Positions 44,224-54,039 of a stretch of DNA of 64,000 nt are shown piece by piece; the stretch's first letter is position 1; each line of letters starts with the position of its first letter. The notes below the pieces were generated by a model that saw only the letters and a list, made by a program, of their open reading frames with translations, made no database searches and was not told the DNA's origin. Origin of the DNA: Candidatus Latescibacterota bacterium (GTDB lineage: Bacteria > Latescibacterota > CBDEFO01); assembly GCA_965248755.1 (NCBI GenBank), contig OZ252149.1, positions 2,272,001-2,336,000 on the forward strand, in the 5' to 3' direction. The translations under genes and the position numbers were made by a program.

Positions 44224-44631
44224 TCAAGACTTTTTTGACGAAGTGCCCCCTTGAGGGAGAATTTCCTCAAGGCGCTTGTCCAGAATGAAAAGTATGACCC
44301 TCTCGCCTGTCCTCGTGCTGATGTCAGTATGAATGCTGGTGACTTTACATCCAGTATGGGCGCAGATTATATCTTCCAAAAGTAGACGGGACGACTCCAT
44401 AAGCTGCATCTTAACCTCTTTGATCAATCCCGCTCCCTTTGGACTGTTACCCAATGTCTGTTCAGCAGGCGTAAGTGTTTCCTTCAGACGCACTAAGATC
44501 ATATCTTCGATAATATATGTCTTTGATTCTTTAGGACCTCTGCCCATGTGTTCTTTTTGAAATTTGATGATAGCCTTGCTTATCTCATCCTCCATCTGTC
44601 CCTTGGTCAAGTTGGCCATATCTGTCCTCAT
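44224..44631 (-). CDS. DUF2294 (MpsC/YbcI-like) protein
   Basis: TKGQMEDEIS...MGRGP...LTPAE...HTDISTRTGERVILF. Confidence 0.9.
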   Translation of the reverse strand: MRTDMANLTKGQMEDEISKAIIKFQKEHMGRGPKESKTYIIEDMILVRLKETLTPAEQTLGNSPKGAGLIKEVKMQLMESSRLLLEDIICAHTGCKVTSIHTDISTRTGERVILFILDKRLEEILPQGGTSSKKS

Positions 44632-45021
44632 CTGACCTTTCTATCCGCCTTGAATCCATCCTAAAGTAGGATCCACAAATCCAGATACTGTGATGAATTG
44701 CGTGCAAGACAAAAAATAGTAAAACCACAATCTATCGGTGAACAGGACATCGAAGCGAACGCTCCACAAATTGTCAAATATGCTTGGATAATATATTTAT
44801 CTGATAGGCAGAAGTCAAGTAAAAGCCAATTTTCCCCATTCCGTCGCGGTCTCTGATATCATCTCCTGAAATTTTCTATTCTGTCGGTCATAAAAAATGT
44901 GCGACGATGCCAGAAATTCTTAGTGCTTGATTTCTCAGATTTTTCAACTATACTATACTACTATACCCGGTGGCGGCAGCAATTGAAGTTCCTATTGGAC
45001 AGTATCCGAAGGAGACTTAAG

Positions 45022-46653
45022 ATGGATATAGAATTTCGTGATTTGGCATTGGAAATAATTGAAAGCTGGTGGGAGAGAAGCCCTGTATCTGCTACGTTCG
45101 AGGGTATACACAAATATGACTATACTTTAGATAGATTCGACGAGGAGACCCATACAAGTTTCACCGAGCAGCAGAGATCCTACCTTTCTGAACTGGAAGA
45201 GATTGATAGCCACACGCTATCGGAAGGGGACAGGATAGACTGTCAAATCCTTAAGAACACTATCAGATCTGAATTGAGTAAAGATGAAGAGATACAATCC
45301 CATCTGCGCAAAGCCAGCCTGTATCCTGAGATCGCCCTTTACGGCACATACATAATGATGCTGAGGAATTATGCTCCGTTATCCGATAGGATGGAAAATG
45401 TCTCAAAGAGGTTAGCTGAGGTTCCTCGCCTGTTGGAAGAGGGAGTAGAAAACCTGATCAAAGGAGAAAACATCCCCAGAATCTGGACAGAGGTCGCAAT
45501 CGAAGTGACGGAAGCCGGGAATGGATTTTGGGGAGAGTTCGTACCGAGGGAGGCCCATAAAGTTCCCGATTTGAAGGAAGATATACTAGACAACAATGCC
45601 AAAGCCCTCAAGGCCTTCGACCGCTATCTCCACTTCCTTAAAGACGAACTCTTGCCAGTCTCAAACGGACATTACGCCATCGGAGAGGAGATGTTCGACT
45701 TTCTCCTTGAAGTCCAGCACGGTCTGCCCTACACATCACAGGACCTCCTTAAGATAGGCACTGACATAATCGAAGGGACGACAAAGCAGCTTGAAGAGAC
45801 AGCGTCTTCGATAGATAGATCAAAACCCTGGCAACAAATCATTGAGGAGATGAAAGACTCGCATCCTCAAAAGGACAATCTGATCATAACTTACGTCCGG
45901 GCGATGGAGGAGGCACTGGTGTTCATCGGCAAAAGGAATCTGGTTACAGTGCCTGACGATCAATTTCTAGAGATAATCGAGACTCCTGCGTTCGAAAGGA
46001 CGACAGTCCCCTACGCAGCCTATGTGTCGCCTGCTCCCTTCGAAGAAGAACAGAAGGGATTCTTCTGGGTCACTCCTGTGGATGAGAACAAATCGCGCCA
46101 AGAGCAGGAAGAGCAGCTTAAGGGTCACTCCACATACCATATTCCGTTAGTCGCTCTCCACGAAGCCTATCCGGGACATCACCTGCAACTTGTCCTTTCG
46201 AACCGTCTCGAGTCGATAGTAAGAAGGCAAATCCAGACGAACGTCTTTGTCGAGGGCTGGGCGTTGTACTGCGAGGAGATGATGCACGAGCAGGGATTCT
46301 ACAGCGACCCTCGAGGAAAGCTATTGCAACTTAAAGATCGGTTGTGGCGAGGATGCAGAGTCGTCATAGACGTAAAGCTTCACAACAAGAGTATGACCTT
46401 CGACGAGGCAGTGGCTATGCTTGTGGAGATACCTAAACTCGAAAGGGTCAACGCCATAGCTGAAGTAAAACGGTACACGTACAGTCCGACACAGCCTATG
46501 AGCTACGCTATCGGCAAGCTCCAGATAATGCAGTTGAGAAATGCCTATAAAAAGATGATGGGTGATGACTTCAATTTAAAGGAGTTCCACGACACTCTTT
46601 TAGGATTCGGGGGGATTCCCATACAGTTCATCAGGGAAAGTATGAACCTTTAG
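45022..46653 (+). CDS. DUF885 family protein
   Basis: HEAYPGHHLQ, EGWALYCE, SYAIGK; AAGGAG RBS. Confidence 0.9.
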   Translation: MDIEFRDLALEIIESWWERSPVSATFEGIHKYDYTLDRFDEETHTSFTEQQRSYLSELEEIDSHTLSEGDRIDCQILKNTIRSELSKDEEIQSHLRKASLYPEIALYGTYIMMLRNYAPLSDRMENVSKRLAEVPRLLEEGVENLIKGENIPRIWTEVAIEVTEAGNGFWGEFVPREAHKVPDLKEDILDNNAKALKAFDRYLHFLKDELLPVSNGHYAIGEEMFDFLLEVQHGLPYTSQDLLKIGTDIIEGTTKQLEETASSIDRSKPWQQIIEEMKDSHPQKDNLIITYVRAMEEALVFIGKRNLVTVPDDQFLEIIETPAFERTTVPYAAYVSPAPFEEEQKGFFWVTPVDENKSRQEQEEQLKGHSTYHIPLVALHEAYPGHHLQLVLSNRLESIVRRQIQTNVFVEGWALYCEEMMHEQGFYSDPRGKLLQLKDRLWRGCRVVIDVKLHNKSMTFDEAVAMLVEIPKLERVNAIAEVKRYTYSPTQPMSYAIGKLQIMQLRNAYKKMMGDDFNLKEFHDTLLGFGGIPIQFIRESMNL

Positions 46654-46853
46654 AAACTAAGTAATGCATCAACATAGTCCGGACGAGATGACAAAGATCT
46701 ACAGTACTATACAGCAAACAGTGAGGAGAGGTGATGCCCCTGTCTACCTAGTTGAGGCAGCTGTCACGACAGATCTTTTAGCTTGACATTGTCTGCACTT
46801 AAGTCCATATTTTTGACCAAAAGTCAAATAGTAGTCCAATGAAGGAGGTTGAA

Positions 46854-48293
46854 ATGGGCCTGAGGTCCGCTGAGGAATACAAAGAGGGTCTAAGAGATGG
46901 TCGGGAGGTCTTCTTCAAAGGAGAAAAGGTCCAAGATGTGACCGCACATCCTGACATAGGCGTCGGTGTGGAGCACGTGTCTTTGGATTTTAAGTTAGCG
47001 CACAACCCTGAACACAGTGATCTGATGACTTACAAGATCCCAGAGACTGGAGAGCTGATAAGCCGCTATTTTAAGATTCCAAGAGATGCTGAGGATCTTC
47101 TAAACCGCCGTGAGATGATCGAAAGGAGCACCAGGCTATCTGGCGGTGTCGTGCTTTTGATCAAGGAGATAGGCACAGACGCTCTTTTTGCTCTTTCTGT
47201 GATCGCAAAGGAGATGGATGAAAAATTAGGGACAGACTACTCAGAGAGGGTAAGATCCTATCATGAGCACTGTCAGCATAACGACCTTTCCCTGGCTGTG
47301 GCGCAGACGGATGTCAAGGGCGACAGGAGTTTGATACCATCTCAGCAATCTCATCCTGACTATTACGTCAGAGTGGTCGAAAGAAGAGATGAAGGGATAA
47401 TAGTCAGAGGCGCTAAGGCTCACACGACGTGCGCTCCCTATGTAGATGAAATTATCGTGATTCCGACCAGAAATATGTCGCAGGAGGACAAGGATTACGC
47501 CATAGCCTTTGCTGTGCCCGCCAACGCAAAAGGCCTCAAGATGGTCGCAAGTTCCTTCGGTTCGACGTCTTCGAGCGCATTTCACAATCCGGTGAGTTTC
47601 TCTCACAGATTAACAGAGAGTCTGACCATCTTCGACGACGTGTTTGTGCCCTGGGACAGGGTCTTTATGAACGGAGAGTGGCAATTTGCAGGTGCCTTGG
47701 CCACATCCTTTGTAAAGTTTCATCGCTTCACGGCGATTTCCTACAAGCCTCCCCTGGGCGATCTTTTTATAGGCGCCGCAGCCTTAATAGCCCAATACAA
47801 CGGTGTGGATAGGGCAAGTCATATAAGAGAGAAGATAATGAGGTTGATAAACTTTACGGAGACGATCCGGGCTTTGAGCAAAGCGGCAGCGGTAGATCAC
47901 AAGATTACGGGCGACGGAATCGCCGTTCCCGACCCGATCGTAACCAATATAGCCAAGTTCAGGTTCGCAGGCGAATACCATCAGGCAGTGTCCTGGGTCC
48001 AGGACATAGCGGGTGGGCTAGTGGTAACAGGTCCCTCAGAGGAGGATATGAACAATCCTCAGACGAAGAGCTATATAGATAAGTACTTAGGAGGTAAGGA
48101 AGGGGTCTCCACAGAGGATAGGTTGAAGGCGTTCAATCTAATAAGGGACCTGACCGCTTCGGATTTCGGAGGCTACGGGGAGATCTTAGCCATACACGCG
48201 GAAGGATCGTTAGAGGCGCAGAAGATCACCATATACAGGGAGTACGATATAGAAAGATGTGTAAAATTGGCCAAGGAAGCAGCCAATATCTAA
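46854..48293 (+). CDS. 4-hydroxyphenylacetate 3-hydroxylase / 4-hydroxybutyryl-CoA dehydratase family flavoprotein
   Basis: AQTDVKGDRS, VRGAKAHTT, IFDDVFVPWDRVF, HAEGS. Confidence 0.85.
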   Translation: MGLRSAEEYKEGLRDGREVFFKGEKVQDVTAHPDIGVGVEHVSLDFKLAHNPEHSDLMTYKIPETGELISRYFKIPRDAEDLLNRREMIERSTRLSGGVVLLIKEIGTDALFALSVIAKEMDEKLGTDYSERVRSYHEHCQHNDLSLAVAQTDVKGDRSLIPSQQSHPDYYVRVVERRDEGIIVRGAKAHTTCAPYVDEIIVIPTRNMSQEDKDYAIAFAVPANAKGLKMVASSFGSTSSSAFHNPVSFSHRLTESLTIFDDVFVPWDRVFMNGEWQFAGALATSFVKFHRFTAISYKPPLGDLFIGAAALIAQYNGVDRASHIREKIMRLINFTETIRALSKAAAVDHKITGDGIAVPDPIVTNIAKFRFAGEYHQAVSWVQDIAGGLVVTGPSEEDMNNPQTKSYIDKYLGGKEGVSTEDRLKAFNLIRDLTASDFGGYGEILAIHAEGSLEAQKITIYREYDIERCVKLAKEAANI

Positions 48294-48489
48294 ATGAGTA
48301 GACCATAGTCAGTAGACAGGGAAAGACAAAAGAGCGGACAAATGTGGGAGGGACCTGCGTGCCAGTGGGCAGGGAAGTGTGGCAAGAAGTCCCCGATCCC
48401 CGATAGACTCAATCGGGGTCAGGCCACTAAGTGGCTCGCCCGTTCGGGAAAGAATTTGACTACTTTCGGGAAGAGAGGGGGAGAAACTA

Positions 48490-50316
48490 ATGTGTGGAAT
48501 TGTAGGATATATAGGGAAAGAAATGTCAGTGCCTGTCCTTTTAGAAAGTCTCAAGAGGTTGGAATACAGAGGCTACGACTCGGCTGGTCTTGCCCTTTCT
48601 GAAAATGGTGAGATAGTAACCATTAAGGCAGTAGGAAAAGTCCACGAATTGGAAAAGCTTTCAAAGGGCAGAAAATTGACGGGCACGTACGGGATAGCTC
48701 ATACAAGATGGGCTACGCACGGGGAACCTACGGAAAAGAACGCTCACCCGCATTTGGACTGTAACGCGGAGATAGCTGTAGTACACAATGGGATCGTGGA
48801 AAACTTTTTGGCGCTCAAGAAACTGCTTCAAGACGAAGGACATGTATTTTCGAGCGATACGGATACAGAGGTGCTGGCTCATCTGATAGAGAAGTACTAT
48901 CAAGGTGATCTCAAGGAGGCTGTGCGGTTTGCTCTGCACAATGTTGAGGGAACGTACGGAATAGCCGTAATATCGGCAAGATCTCCAGGACACATAATCG
49001 TGGCAAGGAACGGGAGTCCACTGGTTATAGGTATCGGAAATGGGGAGAATATAGTGGCATCTGATGTGTCGGCTATCCTGAGACACACAGATCAGGTCGT
49101 ATATCTGAACGACCAAGAGATAGGGGTCGTTGAGGAGGACTCGTTTCATATCTCCACACTCGACGAGGATGTGGTCTCTCCACAGGTGGAAAAGGTAGAT
49201 TGGGACCTTGACCTTATACAAAAGGGCGGATTTGAGCACTATATGCTCAAGGAGATATTCGAGCAGCCCGAATCCTTGAGCAATACCCTAAGGGGGCGGA
49301 TAGACAAACGCAAAGGGACCGCCCACCTGCAGGGCTTGGAGCTAAACAAGGAGAGACTGAGGGATGCCGACAGAATTATCCTGACCGCCTGCGGCACGGC
49401 CTGGCACGCAGCATTAGTCGGACGGTATATGATAGAGGAATTGACCCGCCGCCCTGTAGATGTAGAATACGCCTCAGAGATGCGCTACAGGAACCCGATA
49501 ATTACTTCAAACACGGTGGTATTTGCTATAAGTCAGTCGGGAGAAACAGCCGACACGTTAGCGGCGATGAGAGAAGCTCAATTGAGAGGAGCTGCGTGTC
49601 TGGGCATCTGCAATGTCGTGGGCAGTTCCATAGCAAGGGAGACCGACGGAGGTGTATTCCTGCACGCCGGACCAGAAATAGGCGTGGCATCTACCAAAGC
49701 TTTTACGTCCCAGGTGGCGGTCTTGGCTCTCCTTTCCGTCTTTTTAGGAAGGATGAGAGACCTTTCCTTGGAACAGGGAAGGGAGATAATGACAGCTTTG
49801 GAGATGATACCTGATAAGGTGGAGGAGATCCTTAAACTCGATACATATATAAGAGAGATAGCAGGGGAGTTCTATCGGTGGGAGAACGCTATCTATCTGG
49901 GACGATCCTACAATTTTCCTGTGGCATTGGAAGGTGCTCTAAAGCTCAAGGAGGTCTCCTACGTCCATGCTGAAGGCTATCCCGCAGCGGAGATGAAGCA
50001 CGGCCCCATAGCTTTGATAAACGACGGGATGCCGGTCGTCGTAATAGTTACAAAGGACAGCATATACAGCAAGGTGATGAGCAATATAAGGGAGGTTAAG
50101 GCCAGAAGAGGAAGGGTGATCGCGGTGGCAACCCGCGGGGACTCTGAGATAGAAAAGGAGTGCGATTACGTTATCCCCGTGCCAAAGACGTACGAGATTC
50201 TATCCCCGCTTCTGACTGCCATTCCGCTTCAACTTTTGGCATATCACGTAGCCGTACTGAGGGGATGCGATGTGGATCAGCCCAGAAACCTGGCAAAAAG
50301 TGTAACTGTAGAGTAG
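48490..50316 (+). CDS. glmS: Glutamine-fructose-6-phosphate aminotransferase
   Basis: MCGIVG start, HTRWATHG, SQSGETADT, PRNLAKSVTVE end. Confidence 0.98.
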   Translation: MCGIVGYIGKEMSVPVLLESLKRLEYRGYDSAGLALSENGEIVTIKAVGKVHELEKLSKGRKLTGTYGIAHTRWATHGEPTEKNAHPHLDCNAEIAVVHNGIVENFLALKKLLQDEGHVFSSDTDTEVLAHLIEKYYQGDLKEAVRFALHNVEGTYGIAVISARSPGHIIVARNGSPLVIGIGNGENIVASDVSAILRHTDQVVYLNDQEIGVVEEDSFHISTLDEDVVSPQVEKVDWDLDLIQKGGFEHYMLKEIFEQPESLSNTLRGRIDKRKGTAHLQGLELNKERLRDADRIILTACGTAWHAALVGRYMIEELTRRPVDVEYASEMRYRNPIITSNTVVFAISQSGETADTLAAMREAQLRGAACLGICNVVGSSIARETDGGVFLHAGPEIGVASTKAFTSQVAVLALLSVFLGRMRDLSLEQGREIMTALEMIPDKVEEILKLDTYIREIAGEFYRWENAIYLGRSYNFPVALEGALKLKEVSYVHAEGYPAAEMKHGPIALINDGMPVVVIVTKDSIYSKVMSNIREVKARRGRVIAVATRGDSEIEKECDYVIPVPKTYEILSPLLTAIPLQLLAYHVAVLRGCDVDQPRNLAKSVTVE

Positions 50317-50388
50317 GTATTGATCTGCGATTGAATCTATCGGGGATAGACTTAATAGAGAAGGCCTTGTAGACACAGGAGGGCCCAA

Positions 50389-51591
50389 GTGGCGACAGTC
50401 ACAGCGGATATCGAAAGGATCGAGAGAATCAAAAGGGTGTTGAAGGATAATCAACTCGACGGAATTGTGGTCAGAATACCTGAGAATATCCTCTATTTTA
50501 GCGGATATCTTCCGAGCATGGGAGTAAATAACCCCTGTGCTTTCGTGACTCAAGATGGGGACGTGAGCGTTATGGCGTCCTACGAAGATGAAATATTTGT
50601 AGAAGACAGCTGGGCAGACGATGTGAGACGCTATCCCGCTTTTCCTTTGGAGGGTGACGATCCTAAAGTAAGGATCACGGAGTTCATCAGGGATGAGGCG
50701 CATAAGCACGGCATCTCATCAGGGAGAATCGCTTACGAGGGGAGCTTCGAGGTTATCTCGACTCCGCTCTTCTGCGGCATCATAGCCGTGCCGTCCGTTG
50801 GCAACTTCTACAGTGAGATAAGTTTGGCGGTCCCCAACGCCCACTTAGTGGACGGAAGCGAGCTTATAATGGAGCTGAGGGGGGCCAAGACACCTTACGA
50901 GCTTGAGAAAATGAGGAAGACAGCCAAGATGACGGGAAAGGGGAACTTAGCGTGCAAAGAAAGACTCCATCCGGGGATGACTGAAGCGGAGATAGCCGTA
51001 GCTGTAGAATCGGCTATCACGCTGGGGGGCGCAGACATAGAAGGCGCCAAAAGGTGGAGAGGCTTCGCGCATGTAGCTACAGGCCAAAGGACAGGTACAG
51101 CCTGGAGCGTGATGTATTTCAACACACACAGGAAGGTGGAAGAATCGGACTTAGTCGTGATCGAACTGCACGGTATGTTAGATGGATACTGGTCTGACCT
51201 GACGCGTACCTACTCGGTTGGAAAACCGACCCAAAAACAAAGAGAAATATGGGAGGTAGTTGCCGAGGCTCAAAAGAAGGCGATGGAGGCGGACAAGCCG
51301 GGCGCTACAGGTCAAGAGGTAGACGCCGCTGCAAGGAAGGTGATCACGGAGGCGGGATACGGCGAATACTTCCCGCACCACACAGGACACGGAAGCGGCC
51401 TTAGGAGCCACGAACCTCCTTTCTTGCACCCTAACGTAGAGGGCGTAGTGCTGCCAGAGGGAGCATGCCACTCCTGCGAGCCGGGGATCTATATAAAAGA
51501 CCAAGGCATAGGCTTGAGGATTGAAGACATTGTGGAGACGACGCCCGATGGAGCCAAGTACCTGTGGGATCATGACAGGAATCTAGATTGA
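50389..51591 (+). CDS. M24 Xaa-Pro peptidase family
   Basis: GYWSDLTRT, HHTGHG, HEPP, EPGIY, GLRIED. Confidence 0.9.
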   Translation: MATVTADIERIERIKRVLKDNQLDGIVVRIPENILYFSGYLPSMGVNNPCAFVTQDGDVSVMASYEDEIFVEDSWADDVRRYPAFPLEGDDPKVRITEFIRDEAHKHGISSGRIAYEGSFEVISTPLFCGIIAVPSVGNFYSEISLAVPNAHLVDGSELIMELRGAKTPYELEKMRKTAKMTGKGNLACKERLHPGMTEAEIAVAVESAITLGGADIEGAKRWRGFAHVATGQRTGTAWSVMYFNTHRKVEESDLVVIELHGMLDGYWSDLTRTYSVGKPTQKQREIWEVVAEAQKKAMEADKPGATGQEVDAAARKVITEAGYGEYFPHHTGHGSGLRSHEPPFLHPNVEGVVLPEGACHSCEPGIYIKDQGIGLRIEDIVETTPDGAKYLWDHDRNLD

Positions 51592-51679
51592 TCTCATATA
51601 GCTTCAAGCGGGGAGAGATTCCATTTTTTCCCAAGAGTCCTCTTCCCCAAAGAACTCCCCATACCTTTTTGCGGGCCTA

Positions 51680-52684
51680 TTAAGCCGAAATTTCCTCAAC
51701 CTTTTGGCTCTCGTCGGCAAGGTCTCTTAAAGATAGATGCTCCTTCCAGAAGTAGAACAATCCCAAAAGTGTTATAACTGTTATCTGGATGGCGTGAAGG
51801 ACTATTGAGAATCCGAGTGCTAATTCTTTGGGGATGTCAAAAAGTCTCAGGCTCAGTATGCAGAAATACTGGAACGTACCCACAAACCCCGGGCCAGAGG
51901 GAATCACTATTCCGAGGCAGACGATAATCGTAATGACCAGTGCGGCATAGATGGGAAGATCCAAATCGAAGGCCGCAATAACACACTGAGCTATCAAGGC
52001 TACCGTAAACCACATCAGCACCGAAAGTAGAAAGGCTATAAGGAAGTTCCGTCCGTCCGCAAAGATCGTCAGGCCATCCGAAAATGACCTGAAGAATCGG
52101 ATAGTCCGCTCTGAAACGGCTTGGGGGAAGATTTTAAGAATGAAACTCATAGCCCTGAGAGTCTCGTCCCTCTTTATTGCCAGGAGAGTTATGAAAAAAA
52201 GAGACGCTACGTAGAAGATAAAAAAGCCGATACCCGTTCCTTTGAGAAATTGCGGAAGAGGGAAGGACAGAAGAACGATTGCAGCAAAGAAGAAAAGAGC
52301 AAGTCCGTCAAAGAGACGGTCCACCACGATCGTTGCTAATGAGGCACTTTTGCTCACGTTCTCGATCTTGGCTATGACGTAGGCTCTTACTATCTCTCCT
52401 AATCTTGCGGGAAGAACGTTGTTTGCACCAAAACCTATCATTGTAGCTGAAAAGAGTCTATGCGTCTTGATATCTTTTATAGAAGCAAATATGTACTTCC
52501 ACCTATAGGCTCTTATCCAAAACTCGATGACAATGAGGAATACCACCGGTGTAAGATAGATATACTCAGCTTGCTGAAGCAATTGTGTCAATCCCTCAAA
52601 ATCCACCTTGCGAAGCACGAGGATGACAAAGAGGGAGCTTAAAGCTGTTCCCAGAAGCACCTGCAGAATCGCTTTCCATTTCAT
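51680..52684 (-). CDS. Lysylphosphatidylglycerol synthase TM-domain / flippase-like membrane protein
   Basis: NNVLPARLGE, DRLFD, PSGPGFVG; multiple TM segments. Confidence 0.88.
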   Translation of the reverse strand: MKWKAILQVLLGTALSSLFVILVLRKVDFEGLTQLLQQAEYIYLTPVVFLIVIEFWIRAYRWKYIFASIKDIKTHRLFSATMIGFGANNVLPARLGEIVRAYVIAKIENVSKSASLATIVVDRLFDGLALFFFAAIVLLSFPLPQFLKGTGIGFFIFYVASLFFITLLAIKRDETLRAMSFILKIFPQAVSERTIRFFRSFSDGLTIFADGRNFLIAFLLSVLMWFTVALIAQCVIAAFDLDLPIYAALVITIIVCLGIVIPSGPGFVGTFQYFCILSLRLFDIPKELALGFSIVLHAIQITVITLLGLFYFWKEHLSLRDLADESQKVEEISA

Positions 52685-53066
52685 AGATGACCCCTGTTTA
52701 ATTCATCCCTTTAGGAAGGTACGCTTAGAAACTCAATATAATCAATGTTTCGTGTTCTATCAAGCGGATTTTGCAAACTTCATTGGAGCACGCAAAGAGA
52801 GAAAGAGTACACAAAGAGCAGGGTGGAGGAGTACAAGCTTAACAGCGAGGAGATCAAACTGCCGAAGATATAGGGTCTCTCAGCCTTACAAGGTACACAC
52901 AGAACGGCAAATGATCGCCGATTGAATCTATCGGGGATGAAAATTACATTGCCAAACTTTCACAGGGGTTATTGCCCCAGAAAAGTTCCTTGACACTGAA
53001 GCATATTAATATTAATTTAGTGTTCGAGGAAATTCCTAGTTCCTTCAACCAAAAAAGGAGATACTC

Positions 53067-53960
53067 TTGAACCGCATAACGCTGGTTATATGCATCCTGC
53101 TTTGCCCTGCCTTCGCTCTTGCCGGTTCTGGGGAGGTAAAGTATATCGCACTGGACGTAAGCGGGAGTATGAAAAAGGCTGAGCCAGCTTTGAAGGCAGC
53201 GCTTATTCAGTATATCCTGGACAGGGATCGTGGGGATAAAGTTGTGATTATTCCCTTTTCCACCTTTGCCGAAGATCCCATAGAAATAGCGGTCGAATCA
53301 GAAGGTGATAGAACTGAATTGGGATCAGCCCTTCAAAATCTAAAGTTCGAAGGCGAGTATACTAACTTCGATGAGGTGATAAAGGCGTGGAAGGCGCACC
53401 TTTGGGATTCTAAGGTTCAAGCCGAATCTGTCTTGGAAATATGGACGGACGGTAAATCCGATCCTTCCCCAGGTAAGGAACCTTTGGACCTTTCACAGAT
53501 CTCAGACCAATCTATCCAACACAAGGGATTTAAGATCTTTACTTTAACTAGCAAAGGTACAGAAGAACAAGACAGAAGCCCCGATGTAAAGCGCCAAGAG
53601 ATTACAGAGATTATAAAGTTTATTCAGGAGAAGTTGATGGACTATGAGAAGCACTTAGTAGAGGCTATGGAGTATGAACCTGAGGTAAGCGAGACAGAGG
53701 AAGGCGAAGTAGAAGACGAAAAGGAAGAGATATATGCGATAAGCGAAGTGGTGGGGGAGTCTATAGATAGGGATGAGAGGGATCAATTTGGACTCTTCGC
53801 TGAGTTTGAGGGGTTTGTGTCTGCTAGTTACTATAAGAAGAATGGATCGTACTACCTGGAGATCGTAACTGAGGATGAAGGTGGAAATAGAGCCTCGAAG
53901 CGAAAGAAGGTCGCAAAGGCGGGAATAGATTACGTTAAGTCGAAGATTGAAAAAGAATAG
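53067..53960 (+). CDS. Secreted VWA-domain protein
   Basis: Signal peptide; DVSGSM MIDAS and TDG motif. Confidence 0.75.
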   Translation: MNRITLVICILLCPAFALAGSGEVKYIALDVSGSMKKAEPALKAALIQYILDRDRGDKVVIIPFSTFAEDPIEIAVESEGDRTELGSALQNLKFEGEYTNFDEVIKAWKAHLWDSKVQAESVLEIWTDGKSDPSPGKEPLDLSQISDQSIQHKGFKIFTLTSKGTEEQDRSPDVKRQEITEIIKFIQEKLMDYEKHLVEAMEYEPEVSETEEGEVEDEKEEIYAISEVVGESIDRDERDQFGLFAEFEGFVSASYYKKNGSYYLEIVTEDEGGNRASKRKKVAKAGIDYVKSKIEKE

Positions 53961-54039
53961 GTCCCGGAGCCCCAATTGTCCCTGATAGATTCAATCGGGG
54001 ATGGGGTTCAATCGGGGATCTAGGGCAACGGGGGTCACT

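Noticed and set aside
48300..48489. glmS ribozyme
   Set aside because: Conserved AGCGCC...GACGAGG core not seen; region holds the 21-bp palindrome instead
54001..54039. ATG 54001 as EF-G-like start
   Set aside because: Lies within the palindromic repeat remnant; homology starts near GTG 54040
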